From assembly GCA_965197985.1 (NCBI GenBank), contig CBDAOG010000008.1, positions 1,224,310 through 1,288,309 of the forward strand: DNA of 64,000 bases, in the 5' to 3' direction. Positions 49,817 through 60,920 of this stretch are shown piece by piece; the first letter of the stretch is position 1, and the number at the start of each line of letters is the position of its first letter. The stretch is from Dehalococcoidia bacterium (lineage in GTDB: Bacteria; Chloroflexota; Dehalococcoidia; Lucifugimonadales; CAUZJF01). The notes under the pieces are model-generated. The model saw only the letters and a program-made list of their open reading frames with translations. It made no database searches and had not been told where the DNA came from. A program made the position numbers and the translations under genes.

Positions 49817-50043
49817 AGTACAGAAGAAGGACCTACGAATTCCCCGACGACTTCCCGGAGCGGCTGAAGCGCTTCCAAGAGGAGTCCGGTCTGTCGTGGT
49901 CGGAGATCGCCCGCCGCATCGGGACCTATCGCCCCACCGTATGGCGGTGGGCTGAAGGCCGGGTGCGGCCCAACGTGAAGCACATGATGGCGCTACTGGA
50001 GCTGGCTAAAGACCTGGGCCTCGGACACCTATTCACCGAGTGA
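49798..50043 (+). CDS. XRE-family helix-turn-helix regulator
   Basis: SGLSWSEIARRIG...TVWRW.EG..RP. Confidence 0.8.
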   Translation: MPRQRTQYRRRTYEFPDDFPERLKRFQEESGLSWSEIARRIGTYRPTVWRWAEGRVRPNVKHMMALLELAKDLGLGHLFTE

Positions 50044-50206
50044 ATTGGCCTGCGACCGCAGGTCTCCTGAAACGCAAAAAGGGCCGCATACATGGCTGCG
50101 CAGGGGGAGGACACCGAATCACGGTGTTCCTCCCCCTGTTGTGGAACGCTCTAGCGCCCCGCGCCGACCAGCTCCAGCCGGGCCTTGGAAGGCAAGGCCC
50201 CGGCCC

Positions 50207-50689
50207 TTAGAACAGTCTCAGCGTCTCGGGCTGCTGCTGGTCTGCCCCTTCCTCGGCAGCCGCGGCCTGCGCCGGACCCTGTGCACGCCGGGGCTGACGC
50301 GTGGCCGGGGGAGCGGGTCTCTCGTGAGCCGGATGCCTGGGTTCGTCCTCCCACTTGGCCCTCGCCCGTTCGATCACCGCCGAGACCTCCTGTGTCAGCC
50401 CGTCCAGGTCCCGGTCGTCGAAGGTCTCGATGTGCGGGTCCGACGAGGGCCGTTGCACCCCGATGGTGGCCCTGCCTCCCTTGATGGACACGACGACCTT
50501 CAGGTCCTCCGGCTGACCGTCCTGCTCCCCGGCGTCATCAGAACCCTGCGGGTCCTGTTCGGTCTCCTCATTAGCGTCCTGCTCATCGGCAACCGCAGCT
50601 TCCGTGTCGTCCACCGCATCACCGAAGAGACTCTCGTCTGCGCCCGGCGCATCCGAGCGGATTGCTTCCGTTCCAGTGTCGTTAGACAT
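50207..50689 (-). CDS. Hypothetical acidic protein
   Basis: 160 aa; strong RBS aggagaggag. Confidence 0.7.
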   Translation of the reverse strand: MSNDTGTEAIRSDAPGADESLFGDAVDDTEAAVADEQDANEETEQDPQGSDDAGEQDGQPEDLKVVVSIKGGRATIGVQRPSSDPHIETFDDRDLDGLTQEVSAVIERARAKWEDEPRHPAHERPAPPATRQPRRAQGPAQAAAAEEGADQQQPETLRLF

Positions 50690-50711
50690 GGTTGCTCCTC
50701 TCCTTGCTTAG

Positions 50712-52422
50712 CCCAAATCCACCGAAGGGATGACTATGCAGCAGCGGAACGGGCGATAGGGGCAAGGGAGGGCGATGGTCCGGGCACGATTTGGGGTAGA
50801 GGGGGGCCGGTGTTTGTCTTCAGTTGCCGCGGGGAGACTTTGTGACCGTCTGCGAATGTTGGTCAGGGCGAGATAGCAGGGAGAGGACACAGCAAGAGGC
50901 ACTCGCAGACCGGACTGGCGCGAGTTCGCGGGGACGTTCGGTTGGCCGGATGGCGGCCGGTTGCCGCCGCCGCCGTCAGGCAGGGAGTGGCAGGGCGCGC
51001 AATCGGGCCAGGGCACGATCGAACTGGGCTTCCCAAGGCCAGCGCTGTGGCAGATGCAGTGTGAGGCGGCGCGCCGAGCGGGTGATCCGTCCGGCCAGGG
51101 AGAAGAACCGCCGCCGGAGGGTCTTGGTGGTCACCACCTGCTCGCCCAGACCGATGCGCGCTGTCCAGCGGGCGATGTTGTGGGCCATCACCTGTACCGC
51201 CAGCCAGGCGGCGTTGGCGGCGAAGCGGCCCGAGGGGAGATGGTTCAACCCCACACCGTGCTTGAGGTCTCGGATGGCATTCTCGATCTCGGCGTGGCGG
51301 CGATGGTCGGCCTCCAGTTCGAGCATCTCCCCGTCCCGGTCGGTGATGAAGCCGTGATAGCTGTAGGTGGCGAAGAGGGCCAGCTGGGAACCGGGCGTGG
51401 GCTTCACACGCCGGACGATGAGCCGCACCGGCGCGGCGTCAGGTTCACTCTGGAAGGGAGTGCAGGTGGTCTCGGCCACATCGGCGGCGCCGTCCATCCA
51501 GTAAGGAATCGGCGTCCAGGCATCTTCGGGTATCGCCTCGATGAGATTGTGCAGGCTTTTATGCTGGCGGATGGTGATGGAGAAGCGGACATCCATCTTG
51601 CGGCAGACGGATACCACGCCATGAGTGTAGAATCCGCTGTCGGCCCGTAGCGTGAGTCGTCCGTTGGCCCCGGCGTAGCGCACCCGTCCCACCGTCTCCC
51701 GCAGGAAGTGGGCGGCGCCGCGGGCGGTGTTGGCCCGGCCCTCGCGCAGCCGGGACATCAGCACGTCTCCGGTGCCGGCGGCGATGGCCAGCAGTGGGTG
51801 GTAGCCCCGCTTGCCGGTATAGCCGTGGTGGCGGGCGCCCTCCTTGGCCAGTCCGTAGGTCTCGCAGATGGTGGAATCGAGGTCGATGGTGAACGGCGCG
51901 TCGCCGGGTCCGGCCCCAGCGGCCCAGGCCCGGGCCAGCAGCTCCCGGCTCACCCGGTCCAGCTGGCGGACGTGGCCCCACCGGAAGCTGCGCAGGAAGG
52001 TGCCCAGGGTGGATGGCGCCTTGACCGTGCCGCCCAGGGTGCATGCCGTCCCCCCGGTGCGCAACACATCAGCGTCGTCGATGCAGTCGCCGCCAGCCAT
52101 GGCTGAGGCCACCAGGGTCATCAGCTTGTCTCCGGTGTTGGCCCGCCCCGGCGCGCCGCCCAGGTCAAGGTGATGGTCAACGAGTTCCCGCAGGCCCAGA
52201 TGCCGGGCGAGGGTGGCCGGCAGGAGCAGACCGGCATTGGCCACCAGGCGGTGATCGTCAAAGACGATACGGATACGGTCGGGCTGGTTGCGTGGTAGCA
52301 TCTATTGGGTGCTCCTTCTCTGGGACTGTTTTGCTGTCACAAAACCATTATCCCAGATTCAGAAGAGCACCCTCTGGCCACTTCAGGATGCTAACCCGAC
52401 GCCCTCCCTCGGTGGATTCGGG
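50712..52422 (-). mobile_element. IS1380-family element, copy 3 (1711 bp; transposase 50976-52301)
   Basis: Near-identical to copy 1; flanks cttag and ttaag do not match each other. Confidence 0.93.
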
Positions 52423-53200
52423 TTAAGTGGGTCGAAGGGGCGATGAGCGGGACCGTCAGCCTCCACGACCACTTCAAGATTCCCCACCTCTCCCACGAAA
52501 AGCTGACGCCGGACGAGCAAGCGGGAGTCCTCGCCCTCAGCCCCAACGTCCTCGAGATGTTCCAGCGCTATCAAGTTGATTACCACCTCAGCGAGACGTT
52601 CTACTCAGACCCGGACCACTTCATGGTTGATTCTCTCGTAAAAAGTCTGTGTAGGTCGAATTAGAACAAACGTACCCACACCTGGGTACAATATACAGTC
52701 TCTGTTCCGTACACTACCCCAACGTACGGTAGCGCGCAGATGTGCTAAATCGCTGGAACTTCCTCAAACCGGGTTTTTACGAGGGAATCATGGTTGGTCT
52801 GCACTTCGACGAGGCTGTATACGCGCCTCTATACTTCGGTTACGGTATGACTGGCGTCTACGGTGACCGGGAACGGTTCTTCAAGCACGTGGAGAGACGA
52901 GTCCTGAAAATGGCGCCCGATATCGTTCTGGTCTTGGTCAAAGCGAGCTCGGAGGTCATCGCTCGGCGGATGAAGACCGCCCCGCACGAGAATCAAATTG
53001 TCCGTGAAGAGGACATCGAGTCGGTGCTTGGTAGGTTCGACGCGCTTTACAAGCGCTCGATAATCGGTCGGAAAGTGGCCCTCAATACGAGCACGGCGAC
53101 CGTGGAAGAGAGCCTGGTCGAGTTCCAAACCGAGATCGAACCGCACCTGACGGAAGCCGACCGGCTCCGGCTGCTCGTACACCGACGGCTGCATCGATAG
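52423..53200 (+). pseudogene. Hypothetical, possibly nucleotide-kinase-like gene, 5'-truncated by IS1380 and interrupted by MITE
   Basis: DHFMV|GLHFDEAVYAPLY restored on MITE removal; LVLVKAS.EVIARRM. Confidence 0.7.
52629..52789. mobile_element. 161-bp MITE, copy 2
   Basis: Same TIRs; 6-bp TSD atggtt (52623-52628, 52790-52795). Confidence 0.92.
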
Positions 53201-53268
53201 CCCGAGCGACCAGCGAAACGTCGCCGCTTGCCCTGTAGGTAGATCTTAGATAGCCGAACGAGGCTACG

Positions 53269-55131
53269 ATGAGCCTAGCCGTAAGGCTGACGGCCATATT
53301 TCTTGCACTTTCCCTAGTCCCGTTGGCGGTCGTCGGCTATCTAGGCTTCAGCCAGGGGAGGGACTCAATCGAAAGAGACACGAGGCTGCGCCTCTCGTCT
53401 GTGACCGCTCTTCGAGAAGCGCTTTACAACCAGTGGGCAACCGACAACGAAAGCCGGCTCCGGGAACTGGCGAACCGTTCGTCGCTCGAGGCGCTCGTGA
53501 CGGTTCTTATGTCCCGCGAGTCGTCGACTGAAGAGTACCTGGAGGCGCGCAGCCAAGTCGTTGATGAGCATTTCGTCCCCGCGATTGCCGAGGGAGGGTT
53601 CACGAGCCTCTCGCTTCTACGCGGCGGAGACGGTCTGGTCCTGGCGACGACCGATGACCCGCCCTTCGATCGTCAGGCGGCTGATCAGCCCTACCTTGTC
53701 GAAGGGAGGACCGGCACCTACGTCCAGTTCGTTTACCAGCTGGACGACCGCGACGACCCGCTCATGACGATCGGCACGCCCATCCGGATGGGAAGCGAGG
53801 CTGTGGCGGTGCTTGCGGCGGATCTGGATCTCGGCGAGATGTCGGAGGTCCTAACCCAACGGAACACGGCCGGAACGACTGGGGAAACGTACCTCGTAAG
53901 CCCGACGACCTTCTTCCTGACCAATCCGGCAACAGCGGGCGGATTCAGCGTCAGAGACACCGCGGAGTCCGACGAGCTGGAACGCTGCCGGAGCAATCCA
54001 GCGGCCATCAGCCTGTACGACAACCAGCGGGGAGAACCCGTGATCGGTGCCCAGCGCTGGATGCCTCGATTCGAGCTGTGTATTCGAACGGAGGTGAAAC
54101 AGGCAACCGCTTTCGGTCGTGCCAACGAGCTCCGTGGCCTCGTCTTGGGCATCGGCGCGATAGTGGCTCTGATCGTGTCGATCATCGGCCTTCTTCTGGC
54201 CCGAAGCGTTACGCGACCGATCGACGGGCTGGTGAGAGGCACGGCGGAGGTCGGCCGCGGAAACCTGAGCTACCAGATTCCCGGCTGGAGCGCCAGTGAC
54301 GAGATTGGGCAGCTTACTCGCGCTTTCAACGATATGACGCAAAACCTTCGTTCGATAACGACGTCGCGAGACGAGCTCAATAACGAAGTCACGGAGCGCA
54401 AGAGGGCCGAGGAAGCGCTCGCCGAACAGGCAGAGGAGCTGGCCCGCTCCAACGCCGAGCTGGGGCAGTTCGCATATGTGGCGTCCCACGACCTGCAGGA
54501 GCCGCTCCGGATGGTGGCCAGCTACATGCAGCTCATCGATCGCCGGTACCGCGGGAAGCTCGATGACCAGGCCGACGAATTCATAGAGTTCGCAGTCGAT
54601 GGCGCCCATCGAATGCAGCAGCTGATCAGCGACCTCCTCGAATTCTCTCGTGTGGGGACACACGGACAGGGGTTCGAACAGGTTGATTCTCAGAAGCTTT
54701 TCGCCGAGGCCGTCTCGAACTTGAGACTTGCGATAGAAGAAAGCGGTGCAACTGTGACTCACGACGAGTTCCCGGTCGTGATGGCGGACCCTCGCCAGCT
54801 CGGAAGGGTATTTCAGAACCTGATTGGCAATGCGCTCAAGTACCGAGGCGAACGGACGCCTGAGGTACACGTTGGGGCCATCAGCGACGATGACGAGTGG
54901 GTCTTCTCGGTCCGGGACAATGGCATCGGAATAGACCCGGAGTATCACGAGCGTATCTTCGGCATCTTCGAACGCCTACACGCTCGCGGCGAGTACTCGG
55001 GTACGGGCATAGGGCTCGCGATATGCAAGAAGATCGTCGAACGACACGGCGGACGCATCTGGATCGAGTCCGAGCCGGACAGCTATACCATCTTCTACTT
55101 TTCGATACCAGCGGCGGATAGCAACGGCTGA
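53269..55131 (+). CDS. Membrane sensor histidine kinase (Cache-like, HAMP, HisKA, HATPase)
   Basis: Two TM segments; DEIGQLTRAFN; ASHDLQEPLR; NALKY; GTGIGLAIC. Confidence 0.92.
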   Translation: MSLAVRLTAIFLALSLVPLAVVGYLGFSQGRDSIERDTRLRLSSVTALREALYNQWATDNESRLRELANRSSLEALVTVLMSRESSTEEYLEARSQVVDEHFVPAIAEGGFTSLSLLRGGDGLVLATTDDPPFDRQAADQPYLVEGRTGTYVQFVYQLDDRDDPLMTIGTPIRMGSEAVAVLAADLDLGEMSEVLTQRNTAGTTGETYLVSPTTFFLTNPATAGGFSVRDTAESDELERCRSNPAAISLYDNQRGEPVIGAQRWMPRFELCIRTEVKQATAFGRANELRGLVLGIGAIVALIVSIIGLLLARSVTRPIDGLVRGTAEVGRGNLSYQIPGWSASDEIGQLTRAFNDMTQNLRSITTSRDELNNEVTERKRAEEALAEQAEELARSNAELGQFAYVASHDLQEPLRMVASYMQLIDRRYRGKLDDQADEFIEFAVDGAHRMQQLISDLLEFSRVGTHGQGFEQVDSQKLFAEAVSNLRLAIEESGATVTHDEFPVVMADPRQLGRVFQNLIGNALKYRGERTPEVHVGAISDDDEWVFSVRDNGIGIDPEYHERIFGIFERLHARGEYSGTGIGLAICKKIVERHGGRIWIESEPDSYTIFYFSIPAADSNG

Positions 55132-55168
55132 CGCGGCGTCAGGACCAGCACCGGCGGTATGGGCCAAC

Positions 55169-57085
55169 TCAACGCTGGTATTCCCTCAGAAAACTCTCCC
55201 ACCGTTCCGTCGAGTCCATCAGTCCGCCCGGCCTGTTGCGCACGGTCCAAAGGCGCTTGAACTCCTCGAGGACCGGCTCGAATTCCTCCGCTAGGTTGCG
55301 TCGAGTGGTCGGCGCCATCGCCGCTATCTCATCGATCAAATGCTCTTGGAGCGGGATCCGATTCTGTCGCGTTCCGAGTCCTTCTCTAGGTATTTGACCG
55401 GCGTTCGGTGCGGCAGTACCCGCGCGCGCGGTTCCGGCGTGGCACGCGTATCTGAGTAGAGCTGCAGCATTGCGGAACTCGTCGGACACCAGCTGCGCAT
55501 CCAGCCGGTCCATGCGCGCCTTGGAGAGACTCCCGGCCACCGCGTCGACGTACTCCTCCGCCTCGTGAAGCTCCTCGGCGGTTAACGCGAAGACCACGTC
55601 CTCGAACCTGGGCGCCCGAAGGAGCAAGGCGTGGAGGGCTGATCGCTGCCCGCGCGGACCGGCCTGTTGGTAGGCGTTTCCGAGGTCGTATGCCAGCTGC
55701 CCCATGACGCCCGCTCTATCCCGAAAAACGTGGGCGTCCAGGGCGCTTGGAAGGTCTATGTCCGCGTTGGCCTTCGTGGCCCATCCGACCGCCGCTCCGT
55801 ACGCGTAGCCCAGATACGAGACCGGCAGGTGCTGCCAGTGCCCGCTGTCGCCCCAATCGGTGTTCAGCAACCCTATCGCTCCTACGGCAAGCCCGTTTTC
55901 GGCCGCACTGCGAATGTTGGCGGTCGCATCGTCGGTCCGGCCGGAGATCGAGTTCCATGTCGACGTGCCGGGGCAGACGTAGATGGGGAGTCCCGCCCCG
56001 GCGAACTTCGCTCCGTTCTCGGCGAACGGGTGGTCCGGGCTATAGCCCCACTCGAGAGCGATCATGTCGCGAGGCAGCTCGGGGATGAGCTCGGGGTGCC
56101 GGACAACGATGTCGCCCCAGAACTGGGCCGTCCGGCCATGCCGCTGCGCGAGGGCGTTGACCTTTAGAAGGAAATCGAGATAGACACGGCCGGCGCCGTG
56201 CTCGTTAACTGCCTCTCTGGTGTGCCCGGTCCCCAGGGATACCTCGTCGCAGCCGATGTTGAGCCGCCGGCTGGAGAAGTGGGGCAGCAGCTCGTCATAG
56301 AGCCCTTTGATCAGCGAAATCGAGTCTGGGTCGAGGGGGTTGAGCGCCTGAGGCCACTTTCGTTCCGGGTCTTCCGCCAGATCGGCGTACCCCGGCTGCA
56401 TCAGCCACTTCTCCATGTGACCGAAGGAGTTCTGGTTCGGCACGAGCTCCACGAACCGCCCGCGACAGTACGCATCCAGCTCCAGGACCTGCTCTCCAGT
56501 CATCGGTGAGGCGTCCTTCCATACGTCCTCGTGTTCGCGATAAGCGAAGGTGTGCTCCGTGTAGAGCTGTAGCTGATTGACCTTCAGTCCAGACAGCAGG
56601 TCGACCAGGGAAAACAGGGTCTCCATCTTTGGGACCTTGTCCCGGCTGATGTCCAGCATCACGCCCCGGTTCGGAAAGTCGGGCCAGTCGTCGATGCGCA
56701 TGCAGGGGATGGCCTCGCTGCCGTCGAATTGCTTCACGATTTGTCTGAACGTCATCGCCCCGTAGAAGGCGCCCGCCAGATCGTGGCCCACGATGCGGAC
56801 CTCGTCCGGCAGAATCTCGAGCCGGTAGCCCTGAGGCCGCGCGACCTGCTCTGGCGAGACGGCGACGACGACGGACGCCGCAGTGCCGATCTCGTGTCCT
56901 CGGAACGCGGTCAGCTCTGCCGGATGTCCCGCCGCCTCGATGGCGTCCTTCACTATTCTGCCGACGCGTAGGAGCCCAGACGTCACCCGACCGCTGAGCC
57001 ATACCAGCGACGAGGCGGCCCGATTGGTCCCGCCCAGAAACTCCAGCTTCTGGGGTCGGGGCAACAACACGATCGACTTGGTCAC
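55169..57085 (-). CDS. Glycoside hydrolase family 20 (beta-N-acetylhexosaminidase-like)
   Basis: DWPDF.NRGVMLDISR, NSFGH, IGCDE, T.WGD.GH. Confidence 0.88.
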   Translation of the reverse strand: MTKSIVLLPRPQKLEFLGGTNRAASSLVWLSGRVTSGLLRVGRIVKDAIEAAGHPAELTAFRGHEIGTAASVVVAVSPEQVARPQGYRLEILPDEVRIVGHDLAGAFYGAMTFRQIVKQFDGSEAIPCMRIDDWPDFPNRGVMLDISRDKVPKMETLFSLVDLLSGLKVNQLQLYTEHTFAYREHEDVWKDASPMTGEQVLELDAYCRGRFVELVPNQNSFGHMEKWLMQPGYADLAEDPERKWPQALNPLDPDSISLIKGLYDELLPHFSSRRLNIGCDEVSLGTGHTREAVNEHGAGRVYLDFLLKVNALAQRHGRTAQFWGDIVVRHPELIPELPRDMIALEWGYSPDHPFAENGAKFAGAGLPIYVCPGTSTWNSISGRTDDATANIRSAAENGLAVGAIGLLNTDWGDSGHWQHLPVSYLGYAYGAAVGWATKANADIDLPSALDAHVFRDRAGVMGQLAYDLGNAYQQAGPRGQRSALHALLLRAPRFEDVVFALTAEELHEAEEYVDAVAGSLSKARMDRLDAQLVSDEFRNAAALLRYACHAGTARAGTAAPNAGQIPREGLGTRQNRIPLQEHLIDEIAAMAPTTRRNLAEEFEPVLEEFKRLWTVRNRPGGLMDSTERWESFLREYQR

Positions 57086-57203
57086 GATTCGGCTCCTGAT
57101 ACGATAGTCCGGCGTCGGCCCATACTACACTTTCGGCGGCGAGGCTAAAGGCCTTCTGCTAGTATTGGCCCATTGCTCAGGCATCACCTAGGGGAGGCGA
57201 TGG

Positions 57204-57506
57204 ATGTCGAATGTCCACGATCTCGGCGGATCGCCGACCGACGAGCCGATAGACAGGAGCGAGCACCGGCTCTCGGACTGGGAGTGGCGGACTCACGCCC
57301 TGGCCAGGGTGCTCGTAAACAAGGGCATCATAACCACCGACGAGCTGCGCCGCGGAATAGAGGCGCTCTCCGCCGACGACTACGATTCGCTGTCTTATTA
57401 CGAGCGATGGTCGGCGTCGATCGAGAGCCTGCTAATTGAAAAAGGCGCCCTGACGCGAGACGAGATCGACGAGGGGGCAACCGCTGTCGAAGAACGATGG
57501 GGGTAG
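57204..57506 (+). CDS. Nitrile hydratase beta N-terminal domain / ScnB-like subunit
   Basis: VHDLGG, WE.R, DELRRGIE, YYERW, LLIEKG. Confidence 0.85.
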   Translation: MSNVHDLGGSPTDEPIDRSEHRLSDWEWRTHALARVLVNKGIITTDELRRGIEALSADDYDSLSYYERWSASIESLLIEKGALTRDEIDEGATAVEERWG

Positions 57507-57512
57507 AGTGAG

Positions 57513-57821
57513 GTGAGTGTCGAGCAGGCCATGTTCGGCCCCGGCGACCACGTCACGGTCGCGGACCACACGCCTGAGGGCCATCATCGGACGCCCGGAT
57601 ATATCAAAGGAAAGGGCGGGCGCATCGAGGCCTTTTGCGGAGTGTTTCGGAACCCCGAATCTCTTGCCTATGGCGGCGCCGGGCTCCCGGAAGTGGCCCT
57701 ATATCGGGTCGAGTTCGATCAAGCTGAAGTCTGGGACAGCTATCGCGGCCCGGCCGGCGACAAAGTGTACCTGGACATTTACGAGCATTGGCTCAGACCG
57801 AGTCGAGGGAGGCAAACATGA
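57513..57821 (+). CDS. Nitrile hydratase beta C-terminal SH3-like domain / ScnA-like subunit
   Basis: F.PGD.V, GHHRTPGYIKGK.G, LYRVEF....W, DIYEHWL. Confidence 0.85.
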   Translation: MSVEQAMFGPGDHVTVADHTPEGHHRTPGYIKGKGGRIEAFCGVFRNPESLAYGGAGLPEVALYRVEFDQAEVWDSYRGPAGDKVYLDIYEHWLRPSRGRQT

Positions 57822-58477
57822 GCGAAAACCACGACGCCGACGAGTCCAACGGCCACATACCACATCCAGGGAAACAGGACGACACCTCCCTGAGCAGCCG
57901 CGCTCTGCGAGTTCTTGCTATGCAAGAGCTACTGATCGAGAAGGGAGCGACAGAAGCTGAGGAGGTCCAGGCGTCTATCGACGACCTCAGGAGCCGGGTC
58001 CCTGCCAACGGTGCCCAGGTCGTAGCCCACGCCTGGGTCGACGGCGTCTTCAAGCAACGGTTGCTGGACAATCCCAAGGCCGTCCTGGCGGAGATGGGGT
58101 TCGAGCTATTCCACGACGCGGAACTCGCTGTCGTCGAGAACACTGGGGACGCCCACCACCTGGTGGTCTGCACCCTCTGCTCGTGCTACCCGATTCCGCT
58201 GCTGGGTCCGCCGCCGGACTGGTATAAGAGCGCCGCCTACCGGTCGCGCGCCGTCGTCGAGCCGCGGGCCGTGATGCAAGAGTTCGGGCTCGACGTCGAA
58301 GAGAGCGTCGAGGTCCGGGTAATGGACAGCACGGCCGACCTCCGCTACCTCGTCCTGCCGAAGAGGCCGGACGGCACCGAAGGCATGTCAGAGGAAGAGC
58401 TGGCGGCTCTCGTCACCAGGGACAGCATGATCGGCGTATCCGATCCGCTGGCGCCGACGGCCAAGGCGGCTTCGTAG
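57818..58477 (+). CDS. nthA: Nitrile hydratase alpha / ScnC-like metal-binding subunit (Co-type motif)
   Basis: VVCTLCSCYP, DSTADLRYLVLP.RP, VTRDSMIG; RBS ggagg. Confidence 0.88.
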   Translation: MSENHDADESNGHIPHPGKQDDTSLSSRALRVLAMQELLIEKGATEAEEVQASIDDLRSRVPANGAQVVAHAWVDGVFKQRLLDNPKAVLAEMGFELFHDAELAVVENTGDAHHLVVCTLCSCYPIPLLGPPPDWYKSAAYRSRAVVEPRAVMQEFGLDVEESVEVRVMDSTADLRYLVLPKRPDGTEGMSEEELAALVTRDSMIGVSDPLAPTAKAAS

Positions 58478-58493
58478 CCCTCGGCCTCCTTAG

Positions 58494-59043
58494 CCCGAAT
58501 CCACCGAAGGACGGCCTTGGGGACAGCCCTTGAAGAAGGCAGAGGGTGCTCCTGTGAATCTGGGATAATGGTTTTGGAACAGAAACCCGCCCGGAAACAA
58601 GGAGCACCCAATAGATGCTGCCACAGAACAAACCCGACCGTATCCGCATCCTCTTTGACGACCATCGCCTGGTGGCCAATGCCGGCCTGCTCCTGCCGGC
58701 CACCCTAGCCCGGCACCTGGGCCTGCGGGAACTCGTCGACCATCACCTTGACCTCGGCGGAGCGCCGGGACGGGCGAACACTGGGGACAAGATGCTGACG
58801 CTGGTCGCTTCCGCGCTGGCAGGCGGCGACTGCATCGACGACGCCGATGCGCTGCGCGCTGGTGGGACGGTCGGTGTTCTAGGCTGCGTGGTCAAGGCGC
58901 CATCCACCCTGGGGACCTTCCTGCGCAGCTTCCGGTGGGGGCATGTCCGTCAACTCGACCGCGTGAGCCGCCAGTTGTTGGCCCGGGCCTGGGCCGCTGG
59001 GGCCGGACCCGGCGACTCGCCCCTGACCATCGACCTGGCCTCG
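58494..59043 (+). mobile_element. Divergent IS1380-family isoform, left-end fragment
   Basis: IR cccgaatccaccga; transposase N-terminus from 58615 ends at TIDL. Confidence 0.88.
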
Positions 59044-59278
59044 ACCACGCGGTAACTGGTCAGGTCGCTCTCCAGCGCAAGCTCTCCAAACAGCGCCCCG
59101 GCCCAGGCCGGACAGTCCGGCGGCAGTTCGTCGGTGGACAGTCTTTCCGGCTGGTCAGTCATGTCTTATAAACCAGGTTCTCTATAGATACCCAAGACGC
59201 AACATCCCATCTGTAATGCACACTCACACCTGAGATGCACCCTGGGCCAGATCGTAGGCCCGTACCGGCGCCTCTAAG

Positions 59279-59997
59279 CCCGAATCCACCGAGGGAGGGC
59301 GTCGGGTTAGCATCCTGAAGTGGCCAGAGGGTGCTCTTCTGAATCTGGGATAATGGTTTTGTAACAGCAAAACAGTCCCAGAGAAGGAGCACCCAATAGA
59401 TGCTACCACGCAACCAGCCCGACCGTATCCGTATCGTCTTTGACGATCACCGCCTGGTGGCCAATGCCGGTCTGCTCCTGCCGGCCACCCTCGCCCGGCA
59501 TCTGGGCCTGCGGGAACTCGTTGACCATCACCTTGACCTGGGCGGCGCGCCGGGGCGGGCCAACACCGGAGACAAGCTGATGACCCTGGTGGCCTCAGCC
59601 ATGGCCGGCGGCGACTGCATCGACGACGCTGATGTGTTGCGCACCGGGGGGACGGCCTGCACCCTGGGCGGCACGGTCAAGGCGCCATCCACCCTGGGCA
59701 CCTTCCTGGGCAGCTTCCGGTGGGGCCACGTCCGCCAGCTGGACCGGGTGAGCCGGGAGCTGCTGGCCCGGGCCTGGGCCGCTGGGGCCGGACCCGGCGA
59801 CGCGCCGTTCACCATCGACCTCGATTCCACCATCTGCGAGACCTACGGACTGGCCAAGGAGGGCGCCCGCCACCACGGCTATACCGGCAAGCGGGGCTAC
59901 CACCCACTGCTGGCCATCGCCGCCGGCACCGGAGACGTGCTGATGTCCCGGCTGCGCGAGGGCCGGGCCAACACCGCCCGCGGCGCCGCCCACTTCC
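59279..59997 (+). mobile_element. IS1380-family copy 4, left-end fragment
   Basis: Matches copy 1 up to GAAHF, then breaks; left flank ctaag. Confidence 0.9.
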
Positions 59998-60837
59998 CTC
60001 TTCGTCGCTCACCTCCTCTGTCTCTGTCTCGTTTTCCGTCTCTTCGCTCGCTTCCGCCGCTCCCGGCAGGCAGACCGCCAGGAAGGGGCAGCTTCGGCAC
60101 TGCCAGCTGGTTGCGGAAAAGTCCCGCTCCGGCAGCGCGTCGGGGTCAGGCCCGCTACGGACGTGGTGAGCGGCAAGCTCACCGAGCCACTCGCTGGCGT
60201 CCTGCAAGGCCCTCTCCAGCCGTGCGGCGGGAATCCGCTCCCAGTCCCAGGTGCGAGCCCCCGTGTCCATCGTGGCGATCACCGCATCCCGCAGGTCGCC
60301 GAACTCGCCGAGCGAGTAGAAGGCGGCCTGGGCCACCGACGCCGGGTGGCTGCGCTCCGCGCCCAGCGTCCGCCAGCGGCGGAACGCCTCCGGTCCCCGC
60401 GTCTTGATCTCGACGACCAGCGGGTCGCCGTAGGCGGGTGCCTGCGTCTCTCCGTCGAAGAGGAAGAGCTGCGGCGCAGCCGCTTCGTCTCCCTCCACCG
60501 GCATCCGCACCGTGCCGTCCGGGTGGCCCGTGACCAGCAGGTTCGGGCCGAGGCGCACCGCGACCTGCTTCGGGTCCTGCGGATCGGGGGAGTCGACCTT
60601 CCAGCCAGCCCGCTCCATCGCCCGCACCACCACCGGCTCCAGGGCGTTGCCCGCCTCCATCGCCGTCAGCGAGTCCTCGCTGGGGGGGTTCGTGGGTTCG
60701 TAGCCCGTCGCGGCGTACCAGAGGGCGCGGCGGCAGCCCAGGGCTGACGATGCCCGCACCTCCATGTTGCCGTCGTCGTCGAACCGCGCCGCTGGACGGG
60801 AGAAGACCTCCGCCCGCTCGTCAATCGTCGTTACCAT
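59998..60837 (-). CDS. Cas4/AddB-like PD-(D/E)XK nuclease, C-terminally truncated
   Basis: RASS...CRR..WY, G..LE, GHPDG, VEIKT, Q...Y, CRSCPF..VC; RBS aggagg. Confidence 0.8.
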
Positions 60838-60844
60838 CGTCGTC

Positions 60845-60897
60845 GCCTCCTTCCTGTAAGTGAGAAGCGGGGCAGCCCCCGAAGGAGACCGCCCCGC
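60845..60897 (-). promoter_or_regulatory. Repeated hairpin plus RBS leader, copy 1
   Basis: gcggggcggtctcc-ttcg-ggggctgccccgc then ttacaggaaggagg. Confidence 0.7.
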
Positions 60898-60920
60898 CTC
60901 GATGCCGGTGTCCGTGCGGC

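Noticed and set aside
59998-60837. cas4 as part of a CRISPR-Cas locus
   Set aside because: No array, cas1 or cas2 in the window; context is recombination and replication.
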